A stretch of 64,000 nucleotides of DNA, from assembly GCA_014905635.1 (NCBI GenBank), contig CM026547.1, positions 1,426,001-1,490,000 of the forward strand, written 5' to 3'. Each line of letters starts with the position of its first letter. Position 1 is the stretch's first letter. The notes beneath the pieces are model-generated. The model saw only the letters and a list, made by a program, of their open reading frames with translations. It had not been told where the DNA came from and made no database searches. This stretch comes from Scenedesmus sp. PABB004 (lineage: Eukaryota). Both the position numbers and the translations under genes were made by a program. Shown here piece after piece: positions 33,162 to 45,377 of the stretch.

Positions 33162-34600
33162 GACGTCCTGCGACGCGGGGGCTGGGGTGATCGGTGGCTG
33201 CGAGGCTCGAGAAGGCAGAGGATACGTGTGTGGAGTGGTGGAGATGGCGGGCCGGGCGGCGGGGCGGCGCTATGTGGGCGCCGTCGTGTTGTTCACGAGC
33301 CGCCATGTTACTCCGCGCTCGAGCAATATATGTCTGCTTCGACGGCACCAGGGAGCAAGTGTCAAGTGTGTCGAACTCCGTGAGCGCCGGCCAGGGCTGG
33401 CGTGCCCGCCGTAGCAGGCTGCCGAGCGCAAGCATCGCGGCCATCAGAGCTGGCCGCATCTGGCCCTGCTTGCGGAGTCGCGCAGCGCGCACGCGCCCGA
33501 CAGGTCTGACGTCAGAGTGTAAGCTCGGTGCGCAGCGCGGCGGTGCCTGGGCCGCACGCCGCCGCGGGCTCGTCGCGCGCTCGGCCCCGCGCCGCGCCCA
33601 ACTGAATCTACCCGCCCTACACCAGCTGGTGGCCGGCCGCGAGCTCAGGCGCTGATGCCGCGCACGTGAGCGAGCTGGCGCGTGGCAGCGCGCTGCAGAC
33701 GGCAGCCAGCTGCGCTGGCGAAGGCGTGCGCGAGCTCGCGCCTCGAGCTCGAGGCGCGACCGCGCTGCGGCCAGCTCGCTGGCGCGCGCCTGCTGCCGCC
33801 ACGACAGAGGTAGGAGCGCTCTCATGCGTTACACACAGCAGCAGCCATCAGGCGGCGCTGGCCTGCGCCTCCGCCCAGCGCGCGTGGCTGGTGCGGCACG
33901 CCGCCCAGAGCACGGCGGCGGTGACCGCGAGCGCGCCCGCGCTGCGTGAGCGCGACATCAGGGCGGGAGGGTGACCACGACAGAGCACGGCGGCGGCCCA
34001 CTGCGCCGACACCATCCCTGGGCAACTGCGGCGCCGCGCCCTGCCAGGCGGCTGAACGCGCCCGGTCGCTGGCCCAAAAGCGTCGCCGAGCTGACTGCGA
34101 CCTGTCACGAGCTGCGCGCGATGCTCGAGCGCTAGGGGGCGGGGGCGCAACTTCGTGAGATGGCGGGAGAAGCCTCGCCTCGTTCTCTCGCACGGAGGGG
34201 CGCGGCTGGTGCTGGCTTCAGCTGCGCGAGCGGTGGGCGAGTATCGGTGGCTCGGCGCCCGCCAGGTTAACAACCTGCTGCGGCACGCCGCGACCCGTCG
34301 CGGCGACGCGCGGCGTGGCCGCCGCGCAAGCGATACCCAGTCGGTCCCTACGCTAGCCAAGCCCGCTGCCTAGCCGCAACCGCCGCTGCGCCGGGTCCGT
34401 CCGGCGGCGCCCGCGGCCGGGGCGTGGCTGCGCCCCGCGCCGGCGGGCGCTGATGCCCCTGCCTGCGTCAACACATGCCGCGTCAGTGCCCGCCCGCCCC
34501 GCCCTCGCATGCGCCCGCCTGCCCTGCCGCCCGCCCGTCAGCCTCCCCTCCCCAGCCGCCCGCGGCGCCGCTGCCGCCGCCGCCGCCGCCGGCGGCTGCG

Positions 34601-37600
34601 TCACTCGAGGCCAAAGCCCTCTGCGTTCATGACCGCGAGCTTGATGCGGTCCAGCATCTTCTCCTTGCTGCTGTACTCGGGCAGCAGCAGCGTGTTGAAG
34701 CACGTGTGGCTCGTCGGCAGCTTGTTCGAGTCGGGGCCGTCGCGCTGCACGATGCACTTGAGCGCGCCGAGGCCGCCAATCGGCGCCCTGCGGCGCGGGC
34801 GGCGCCGCGGGCGGCGCGCATCGGCGCGCTGGCGGCGGGGCCCCGCTCCCGACCCCCGCCACCTCCCCCCGGGGCAGCCTGCGCCGCGCCGCGCGCCGCG
34901 GCGCCGCGGCCGCGCCTGTCGCTGCCTGTGAAGAACTTGAGGAACATCTTCTTCTCCTCCAGCGTCAGCTCGCCCTTGACGATGCCCCAGAGCCAGGCCA
35001 CGGCGGGCGTGGCGACGCTGAAGCCGCCCTCGTACTTTGCGTTGCGCTGCAGCGCGTCAAAGTCGAGGTTGGGGTTGCCGCACACGAGGCGCTCGACCTC
35101 GCACGCGTTGAACAGCCGGATCGCGGGGCCGTCGCAGAGGATCTTGAACCCCGCGGCAAACGCCTCAAACTGGCGCCGAATCGACCTGCGGCGCGGCGCG
35201 CGGCGCGCGCCGGTCGGCGGCCGCGCCGCGGGCCTGGCGGGGTGCCCGCCCACGCCGCCCACGCCCGCCCAGCCGCCCGCCCACGCCCGGCCCCTCTCCC
35301 CGGCCCCCGCCCTGCCTCCCAGGCCGCACCTGTTGAGCAGGTAGTCGACCATGAGCTCCACGTACTCGTGCCGGTTCTCCTCAGTCACAGACAGCTCCTC
35401 GCCGCCCGGCTTGAGCGGGATCGTGCGCAGCTCGCCGAAGTAGTCCATCTCGACGCTGAACGTCAGGCAGAACGTGTCCTGCACACATGCAGCACGGGCG
35501 GCGCGGCGGCGCGCGCGAGCGTCGCGGCGGCGCCCGGGCGCGCGCGCGGCGCTGCCCGCGTTTGCGGCGGCCTGCGCGTGCGCGCGCCGGCGGCCACGCA
35601 CCTCGACGCTGGCGGGGCCCTCGTAGTGCAGCAGCTGGCGCAGCGAGCGGCCGAGCAGGGGCTGCATCTCCTCGAGGTCGCGCAGGCCCACGCCCTGGCC
35701 GAGCAGCTTCTTGTACAGCGGCAGCGGCAGCGGGCAGTCGAGCAGCACGCGGTTGTAGATGGCCAGGCCGAGCACGAGGCCCATGAGCATGAACTGCTCC
35801 TCGCCCTCCAGGCTGCACGCGTTGAACCTGCGGGAGAGGGAGCGGCGAAGAGGGTGCAATGAGACGGCGCGGCGGGGCGGCGCGCGGCACAGCGTGCACA
35901 GCGTGCGCAGCGTGCGCAGCGGGCGGCTCGCGGCGGCGCGCAGCGCTGCAGCGCGGCCCACGCACGCGGCGCAGGCAGCGCTCAGCGCGCAGCGCGTGCG
36001 CGTCTGGCGTGTGTCTGGCGCGCACCAGTAGGTGTGGCTCTCCGGCTGGTAGACGAGCATGCCGTAGTCTGGGCTGAGCAGCTCGCCGACGAGGAGTTGG
36101 AAAAACTCCTTCTTCACGCCGCCCGCGTCGATGCCCTCCTCACCGATAAAGTGCACGCGCAGCGGCTTGAACAGGTCCTTCCTGCGGGGCGCACGGCGCC
36201 CGGCGGCGGGGGGCGCGGGGGGCCATGAGCGCGGGCGCGCCAGCGACTGCAGTCCCTGCGCGAACTGACTGCGCCGCCACCCCGCCCCAGCCCCCAGCGC
36301 CCCCCCTCAGCGCCCCCCTCCAAGCGCCCCGCAGCGCGCCGCCGGACCTGTACTGGCGCGCGATCTCGTCGAGGGCGTCCTCCACCAGGTGGTGCCGCCG
36401 CACGCGCACGATGCACATGTCGCTGTGCGACCCCTGCACCTGGCAGTCGGCGGGGCGCGGGAGGTGCATGCTGCCCTCGCGCCGCACGAGCTGGCTCTCG
36501 ATGCTCGTCGGCGAGTCAAACCCGCCGCTGCTGCTGCCGCCGCCGCTGCCCGGGGTGGAGTCAAACCTGCGCGCGCGCGCGGGCGACCGTGAGCGACCGC
36601 GAGCGCCGGCGCGGGGCTCTGCGGCTCTGCGGCTCTGCGGCGGCGCGGGGCGCGAGGCGCGGCGCGCGCTGTGCCGCGCCCACCTGCTGCGCAGTATGTT
36701 GAAGAACAGCCCGCGCAGGCCCTGCCGCTGCTCGCCGCCGCCGCCCGTGCCGCCGCGCGAGGGCTTGGGCGCGTTGCGGCCGTCCTCGCTACGCCGCGCG
36801 CGCCGCGCGGCGGCGCCGTCCGGGTCGTCGAAGCTGCTGCTGCCTGGCGGGCGCGGCGGGGGCGGCGTCGGCGCGGGCGCGTCAGCGCGGGCGCCACGTC
36901 GCGCGCGCAGGCGGCGCCCCGCCGCGCCGCGCCGCGCCGCGCTGCGCCGCACCCGCGCCGCCGAGGGAGCGCTGCTTGCCGCTGATGACGCGCGAGTCGT
37001 CCTCGCGGCTGCGGCTGCTGCTGCCGTAGAGCTGCTGCTCCATGCGCGCGTGCGCGACCGTCTGCTCCATCTGGAAGCGCGCCTCGATGTGCAGCAGGTT
37101 GCTCTTGGCGCGCGGGTCGAGCAGGAAGGGGTAGCTGCAGAAGCTGAACGGGCCCTCGCCGCCGTGGCGCCGGCTCGGCGTGTCCTGCGTCTGCCGCCAC
37201 GCGGTGTAGTGGTCCTGCACGTCCATCTTCTCGCTGATGAGCTGGTTGTAGAAGCCGTCCGGCGGCAGCCGCCGCCCCACCGCGTTGGCCTCCTCGACCT
37301 TGGCCAGCACCTGCGAGCGCGCGCGCACCGGCGCCGTCGGCGGCGGCAACCGCCGCGACGCGGGGCGCCCGGCCCTGCGCCTCGCGCTCGCCCGTGGCCC
37401 CCTGGCGCCGCGCCCCGGCGTCGCGCACACGCACGCAGACACACGCACCTTGATGGCGTTCATGACGCCAATGGTGAGCTTCTTGGTCGCCATGAGCTCC
37501 TTGGTCAGGTACGCCTGCATCGGCGCGACCACGCGCACCTCCAGCAGCTCACCAGGGTAGTCGCTCCACCACTTGACCAGCAGCTGCGCGGCGGCGCGGC

Positions 37601-39001
37601 GGCGGCACAGTCGGCGCGGGCGCGGTCGGCGGCGCGCGCGGTCGGCGAGCGCGAGCGCTGCCAGGCGGCGGATGGGGCGCGCCGACACCGCCGCCGCCGC
37701 GCGCTCACGTGGCGCGTGGCCTTGTGCGCGCCCAGGATGATGGAGCACAGCCGCGGCAGCAGCGCCTTGGCAAAGTGGTGCTCCCCCAGCAGCGGGTTCT
37801 GCGCCGCCGCGAGCAGCACCTGCGCGCGGGCCCCAGGCGGCGTGCTCAGCCCCCAGCGGCGTGCTCAGCCGCCGCGCGCGCTCAGCCGCCGCGCGCGCTC
37901 AGCCGCCGCGCGCGCTCAGCCGCCGCGCGCGCTCAGCCGCCGCCCGCAGCTCCCGCGCGTGGCGCCGCGCCGCGCCTGCGCGCGCTCGGGCATGTGCAGC
38001 AGCTTTGAGTGGCTGCTGAGGTCCTCCAGCAGGTGCACCGCGCTCTTGTACATGCTCTGCATCATGCTGAACTTGTGCAGGTCCGCAATCGCGCTGCTCA
38101 GCGCGGGGTCCGCCTCGCCGCCGTCGCCGCTGCTGTTGCTGCTGCCCGCGACCGCACGCTCCACCCTGCGGCGCGCGCGCGGAGCCGGAGGGCCGGCCGG
38201 CGGTCAGCGCGGGCGGGCGCGCGGCCCGCCGCCGCGGCGCGCGGCCCCGGCCCGCTCCCGCCCGCGGCGCGCCGCGCGCGCGCTCACTCCTCGGCGCTAA
38301 AGAGCTGCAGTATGCTCTGCTGCGTGCGCTCCAGCAGCTCCACGTCGAGGCCGACGCGGTCGGGGTAGCCAAACGCGGCGCTGATGGCGGCCGCGCTGCC
38401 AAACACCATCTCCACGCCCGCCGAGACCATCTTGAGGCTGCTCGCGAGCGCGAGCTTGTCGCTGCCGGTCTGGATCTTCTTGGACGCGCGCGCCACCGCC
38501 TGCTGCAGCCTGCGCGCGGCGGCGGCGGCGGCGGCGGCAGCGGGGCGCGCTCGGCGCGGGCGCACGCGCGGCGGCGCAGCGCGGGCGCGGCGCGGGCGCG
38601 CGGCCGGCCCGCCCCGGGCGGCGCTCACTTTTCCAGCAGGTTGATGGAGTAGACCTCGGGGATCTCGTCGGGCCCGCGCGTGAGGAAGATGCTGCTGTTG
38701 CCGCCGGCCATGAGCTGGTGCACGACCGGCGCCTTGCCGCGCGACACGCCGCCCGGCGCTGCGCCTGCAGCGCTGCCGCTGGCGCCGCCCGCCCGGCTGC
38801 TGCCGGTGCTGCTGCCGCTGCCCGTGCTGTGCCGCGAGCCGACGCTGCCGCTGCTGCTCAGCAGCGCCGGCTCGCGGCCGCCGCCCTTGCTGCTGCTGCC
38901 GCCCGCGGCGGCCTTCTCCGCCAGCGCCTCGCGGTACTCGCGCTCGCGCTCCCGGTACGCCCGCTCGCGCTCGCGCTCCCGGCTGCTGCTCTCCCGCTCC
39001 A

Positions 39002-39033
<32 letters not shown>

Positions 39034-41752
39034 CGCGCCGCCGCCGCCTCCTGGCCCTCCATGACGGGCTGCAGGTTGCTGCCGCTCGAGCGCGCGGCGC
39101 GCTCGCGCGCGCGCTCCCGGTCGCGCTTTGACGGCTGGAACGGCAGGTGCAGCTTGATGGGGATCGGCACGGTGCGGTCGGGGCTCATGCGGTGCAGGCT
39201 CCCCGGCACCTGCCCGCTCTTGCAGCTCCCGCAGCCATACACCACGCCGTCCCTGCCGCACCGGCGGCGGCGGCGGCGGGGGAGGCGGCGCGTGGGCGCG
39301 GCGCGTGGGCGCGCCACGTGGGCGCGGCGCGGGCGGGCTGCTGCCGTGCCGCCGCCGCGGCGCCCGCGCCGCCGCCGCCGCCGCCGCCTCCGCGGCGCCG
39401 CACCGGCGCAGGAAGAGGGAGTGGTGCAGCCCCGCCGCGACGCGCTCGATGTCCTTGCCCATGAGCGCCTTGATGCGCGTGGGCAGGGCCTTGTCCTCGT
39501 ACGTGCCGTGCCCCAGCGCGCCGCACTGCCCGTGGCCCCAGCTGTAGCACGCGTCGTCCGTGACCGCGAGCGTGTGCGCCGCGCCCGCGGCGATGCAGCG
39601 CACGCCCTTGAGCGGCACGCGCTTCGGCGCCAGCACGCACGGCTCCTCCATGCTGCACGCGCTGCTGGTGGAGCTCGGCGAGCCTGCGCGCCGGCGGCGG
39701 CGGCGGCCCGGCGGCGGCGGGCGCGTCGGCCGGCCGCCGCGGGCGGCGCACCGCGGGCAGCGCGCCGCGCGGCGCTGCCGCCGCCGGCGCCGCCGCCGCG
39801 GGGCGCACCCGTGTCGCTGGCGTAGTGCTCAAACTGCGCGCTCTCGGGCGCGCTGAAGAGCCACTCGGTCGCGACCTCGACGCCGACGTTGCCCGTCTCC
39901 ATGAGCGCGACCTCGGCCTTGTGCTTGGGGATGCCCATCTCCAGCATCGCCACGAGGTGAACCTGGTTGACGCGCTTCTTCCTGCGCACACGCGCGGCCG
40001 GGGCGTGGGCCGGGCGGCGGCAGGCGCGCCGGCGGCTGCGCGGCGCGGCGGCGCCGCCGCCCGCCGCCGGCTGCCGCCGCCGGCTGCTGCCTGCCGCCGC
40101 CGGTTCGCTCACTTGCGGTGCACGCGCATGCTGAGCGGGTCGCCGTCGCGCACGAGGCCCAGCTGGCCAAAGTGGTTGCTGCCCCAGATGAAGAGGTGGC
40201 CGCTGCTGGTCAGCGCGCAGCTGTGCGCGTCACCGGCCGCCAGCTGCACCACCGGCAGCGCCCACAGCGCGTCCACCAGCGTCGGCGAGTGCCTGCGAGT
40301 GCCGGTGCGCTGGGTGGGCGGCCGCCGGCGCACCCGCGCGGCGCACTGCTGCCGTGGTGGCGCAGCGCTGGCGGCGCCCGCGGCGCACCTGTCGCGCCGG
40401 TCCGAGAGGCCCAGCTGCCCCGCGCTGTTGTGGCCCCACGCGTAGACCTGCGACTGCGCCGTCACGCAGATGGTGTGGAAGCGCCCGCACGTGACCTGCG
40501 GGGCGAGCGCGCGCGGGGCACGCGGGTCACGCGCCGCCGACCGCCGCGCCAGCTGCTGCGCCCGTCAGGCGCTGCTGCCGCCGCCTGCCGCCCGTCAGCC
40601 GCCGGGCCGTGCGCCTGCCGCGGGGCGCCGCGTCTGCCGCGGCGCGGGCACCTGCGTGACCATGACGTCGTGCAGCATCTTGATCGGCGACGGCCGGCTG
40701 CACACGTCGGGCGCGTGGTCGCCGTGCCCGAGCTGCCCGTACTCGTTCGAGCCCCACGCGATCACGTCCTTGGCGGTGATGCACACCGTGTGCTCCAGCC
40801 CGCACGCGACGTTCCTGCGCCCGGGCGCGGGCGGGCGGGCGCGGCGTGTGGTGGTCACGGCGGCGTGCAGGCGGGCGGTGGCGCTGCTAGCCCCGGCTGC
40901 CGCCGCCGCCGGCGCGCTGCCGCCGCGGGCGGCGCGCGCACTTGACGTCGAGGTCGGACAGCCCCTGCACGGGGACGGGCGTGTCAACAAAGCCCGGCGC
41001 GCGCTCGCCGAGGCCCAGCTGGCCGCGGTTGTTCGCGCCCCACGTGTAGACGGTGCCCTCGCAGCTCAGCCCCGACGCGTGGCTGTCGCTGATGGAGATG
41101 GCCGCCCAGCGGCCCACCACCTGGATGGGCTGCGGGTGCAGGATCGCCGACGCGCCGGGGACGCCCAGCTGCCCGCGCGCGTTGTCGCCTGCGGCGCCGC
41201 GGCGGCGGCGCGCGGTCGCGCGCGCTGCTGCTGCCACGCGGCGGCGCCGGGCCCCAGGCAGGGGCGCGCCGCGTGGCCGCCGGGCGGCATCGCTGCTCTG
41301 CCCTGCGCGGCGCCACGCGGCGCCACGCGCCGCCCGCTCGCGCCGCCCGCTCGCGCCCGCCGCCGCCGCCGGCGCTGCTGCGCCGCGCCGCCCGCCCCGC
41401 CGCCGGCCCCGCGCGCCGCGGCTCACCGCAGACCCAGGCGTTCTCCTGGACCTCCGTGGACAGCAGGGGCGTGTTGGGGGAGACGGCATACTCGGTCTCC
41501 GTCTCCTGCGGGCGGTGCAGCAGCAGCGGCCAACTGACGCCCCGAGCGCGCCGCCCCAGGCCGCCGCGCCCCGCGAGAAGCACCCCCACGCCGCGCTGAC
41601 GGTCGGGGGACGCGCGGCGCACCCCGAGGCGGCCCCAGCGCGCGCCAGGGGGCCGCCGGGCGCCCCGCCCTGCCCACCTCGGCCGCGGGAGCGCGCGTCT
41701 TCACGGCCCGCGGCAGCCGCGGCAGCGCGTGAGCGTCGCTGCCGCCCTCCAT
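34601..41752 (-). CDS. HERC-like E3 ubiquitin ligase (RCC1 repeats + UBA + HECT)
   Basis: Multiple WGxNxxGQLG RCC1 repeats; UBA ([19 protein letters not shown]); [55 protein letters not shown]; start codon inferred. Confidence 0.93.
37843..37943. repeat. Intronic 17-bp tandem repeat (GCTCAGCCGCCGCGCGC) x~5
   Basis: Directly visible tandem copies. Confidence 0.85.
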
Positions 41753-42758
41753 GCCCGACAGCCGCGCTCACGCGCTCACGGGCGGCGCATGCGGGCGCGC
41801 AGTTGGGCCAGCGCGCGCGGGCTTGGCGCGGCGTGGCTACGAGCGCTGAGAGTCGGGCGGTGTGGACCTGGCCTGGGAGCGCCAGCCACGCGCGCCCACG
41901 CCGCCGGCGGCGCAGGGCGCGGCCGCCGGGGCTCTGCGCCGCAGAGGCGCGCCCGCGCGCCGGTCGCCCAGCCGGCCCGCTGGCCATGGCACCCGGCGCA
42001 CGCGCCGACGTTTGCGCGCAGCGCGCAGCCCGTGCGGTGCGCGCGAGTGCGCCAGCGGCCGCACCCGAGCGCGCGCTCGTGGCGGCTGCGGCGGTGACGC
42101 TAGATGTGAGGTCAGCGGGGCAGCCAGGGCCACGCCGCCGCCGCCGGCGGCGGCGCGGCGGCGGCGGCGGCGGCGGCGCGGACGCGCGCTGGCAGCGGCG
42201 CGCGCGCCGGCAGCGGCGCGCACGCGCCGGCAGCGCGCCGGCAGCGCGCGCCGACGACGCCAGCGAGTGGGCGGCTGCAGACCGGTGCGCAGGCGGCACC
42301 GCCGTCAGGCGCAGGGGCGCGGGCTGGGCGAGCGCCCGGCTGATCAGCGCGCGCCCGCTCCGCGCGGCGCGGCGGCCGGCCGGCGGCCGGCGCGGGCGCG
42401 CAGGTCCTGCCGACAGGACGGGCATGCGGGGAGGTCTGTCCGGCGAGGCCAGCGACGCGGCTGCGGCGTAGCGAGGCAGCGGGAACCGCGGGAGGTGGTG
42501 CTGCGCCCCGCCCGCTTCCCCCGCCACCCGCGCCTACCCGCGGCACCGCTGGCCCGCCCCCATGCTCGGCGCACCGCCGCGACGCTCTGTTCACGCTCGG
42601 GCGCTGATCAGGCGCCGGGCCCCGCGACCCAGCTTCGCGAGCGCGCCCCGCGGTGCCGCCGGCCCGGCAGGCCCCCCCGCGCCGCGTACCGGCAGGCTCG
42701 GGTCGCACGCTCCGTCAGCGCAGGCCGGCGCGGCGGGAGAGGCGGCAGAGGCGCCGCA

Positions 42759-44650
42759 ATGGGGGACGATGGCGGCATGCCCTTCTTGGGCTCCCACATC
42801 AGCCTCATCAGCAAGTCGGGCATCCGCTATGAGGGCGTGCTGCACGACATCAACATGGAGGAGTCGTCCATCTCCCTGTCGAAGGGTGCGGCGCGCCGGG
42901 GCGCGGCCATCGCGACGCCCGCGCGCCCGCCACGCGCGCACGCGCCCCGCGCCGCGCCGCCGGCTCGCGCCCGGCGCCGCCCGTGACGCGCCGGGCGGTC
43001 TGCGCGCCGCCCCCTCGCCCCAGTGCGCTCCTTCGGCACGGAGGGGCGCCGGGCGGATGGGCCGCAGGTGCCGCCCAGCAACGAGGTCTACGACTACATC
43101 ATCTTCAGGGGTGCGCCCCCCGGCGCTGCCACGCGCGGGCGCAGGCCGGGCGGGCCCGCGCGCCGCGATCGGGCGCCGCCGGCGCGCGCGCTCAGGGCCG
43201 CCGCTGCCGGCGCTGCCGCCGCTGCCGCTGCCCGCTGCTCGCGCCAGGCGAGGACATCCAGGACCTCACCGTCATGAGCCAGCCCACGCAGCAGCCCAAG
43301 TCGGGCGTGCCCGACGACCCGGCCATCATCTCGGCGGTGCGCAGGCGCCGCGCGGCAGCGGCCGCGGCAGCGGGCTCGGCGCCGCGCGGCGCGCCGCCGC
43401 TCCCCGCGATCGCGGCGCGCGCGATCGCAGCGCCGCCGGCCCACGCCCGGCGGCCCGCGCGCGCGCGCCCGCAGGGCGCCTCCTCCACGGGGCCGTCCCT
43501 CTACGGCTCCAGCTACGGCGCGCCCGCGGCGCCGCCGCCGCCCGTGTACGGCGGCGGCGGCATGTGGGGCCCGCCGGGCGCGCCGCCCGCGCCCGCGCCC
43601 CAGCAGCCCCCGCCGGGGCAGTACGGCGCGCCGGGGCAGTACGGAGGTGCGGCGCGCGCAGCGCGGGCGGCGCCGCACGCGGCCGCCACCGCGCCGCCGC
43701 CGCCGCCGCTCACAGCGTCCGCCCGCGCTCCCCCCGCGCGCGCAGGCCCGCCGCCGATGCCCGGCGGCCCCATGGGCGGCAACCTGGCGCCCAACGTCGC
43801 GCCGACCGTGAACCTGACGCCCGTGGGCGCGCCCAACGGCGAGCCCATCAGCAGCTACGCCCACGCAGCCGGCGGGCGCCCGATGGGCCCGCCCGGCGGC
43901 CGCGGCGGCCCCGGGCGCGGCGCGCCCGGGCAGATGGGCAGCCGCGGCGGCCCCGGCGGCCAGATGGGCGGCCGCGGCGGGCCGGGGCAGATGGGCGGCC
44001 GCGGCGGCCCGCCCGGCGGCCCGCCCGGCGGCGGCCGCGGCGGCGGCCGCGGGCCGGCGCCTGCGCCCGCGCCCGCGCCGCCCGTGCCGGACGAGGACTA
44101 CAACTTCGAAGAGGTGCGGCGGCGCCGGCGGCTGGCGCGCGCGCGCCCCGTGGCAGGCCGGCCGGCTGCGCGCCCGCCGCCGCCACCGCCGTCGATCGCG
44201 CGCGCTCATGCGCGCCGCGCCCGCGCGCCGCGCCCGCGCCGCGTGCGCCAGGCGAACAAGCACTTCAACAAGGAGGCCGCGCTGCGCGAGGCGAGCGGCG
44301 TGGTCGCGCCGAGCAAGCAGGTGTACAACAAGGACGACTTTTTCGACATGGTCTCCTGCGAGGCGCTCGACAAGATGGGCTCGCGCGGCGAGGGCCCGCC
44401 GCCCGCGCACCGGCGCAACATGCACGAGCAGCGCGCGGTCGACATCGAGACGTTTGGCGGCCTCGGCGGCGTGCGCCACTTCCACTACCGCGGCGGCCGC
44501 GGCCGCGGCGGCGGGCGCGGGCGCGGCGGCGGCAGCGGTGGCGGCGGCGGCTACGGCCGCGGCGGCGGCGGCCAGGGCGGCGGCGGCGGCGGCGGCTACG
44601 GCGGCGGCTACGGCGGCCGCGGCGGCGGCCGGGGCGGCGGCCGGCAGTGA
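42759..44650 (+). CDS. DCP5: LSM14/Scd6/DCP5 family P-body translational repressor
   Basis: LSm domain [43 protein letters not shown] (FDF box), YNKDDFFD (FFD), DIETFG (TFG), RGG tail. Confidence 0.93.
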
Positions 44651-45377
44651 GCGGCGCGCGCGCGCACGCCCGCGCGCGCGCCCGGTCGCGCGGCGGGCGG
44701 CGCGGCGCGGGCGCTGCTGCAGCAGCAGCAGGCGCGCCGGAGGCTGGAGGCGCGCCGGAGGCTGGCGGCGCGGCGGCCAGACGTGCGAGGAGCAGGCGGC
44801 GGGACAGCTGCAGCGGCAGCTGGGGGATGCGTTTGTCGGGCGCGGCCGGCGCGCGCAGGCGCCCGGCCCGCGGCGCGGACGCGCGCGCCCACGCTGCGGG
44901 GCTGGCGGGGCGTGGGAGCAGCAGCTGCAGCACTCTGTGCTGCCGCGTGCACGACGGCGCGTGCTGCTGGGGCGGCAGGGGCAGCTCGCGGGGCGTGGCA
45001 GCGGCGCGGGCCCGGCCTTTAAAAAAGCGGTGTCTTCCGCAGCGGCCGGTGGTGTTGGACCCGAGGACCACGGACGGGCGGCGGGGGCACGCACGCGGCT
45101 GTTTTGGCGCGCGCAAGCGCAGCAAGCACGTGCACTGCACCTCCCGCGCCCCGGACGCGCGGCGGCGGCTGCGCGCGCGGCGCGGCCGCGCGCCAGCACG
45201 CCGCCCGCCGGCGGGGCAACGCATTGCGACATGGGCGGGCGGCGACTGAGGGGGCCGAGGACGCGCTGGGCCGCGCTGCGGGCACACAGCTGCGTGCATG
45301 GCGCGGCGGCACTGATCGGCCGCTGCGCCGGCGGGGCGCGCGCCAGAGTAACCGGTCGCCCAACCCCCGCCGCCGCG

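Noticed and set aside
33200..34560. Lower-GC stretch with 120-240 aa ORFs
   Set aside because: No motif; explained as the HERC 3'UTR (TGTAA at 33829) plus the promoter of the Cys-rich gene
44090..44115. DCP5 FDF box reads YNF
   Set aside because: Conservative change; the FFD and TFG boxes are intact
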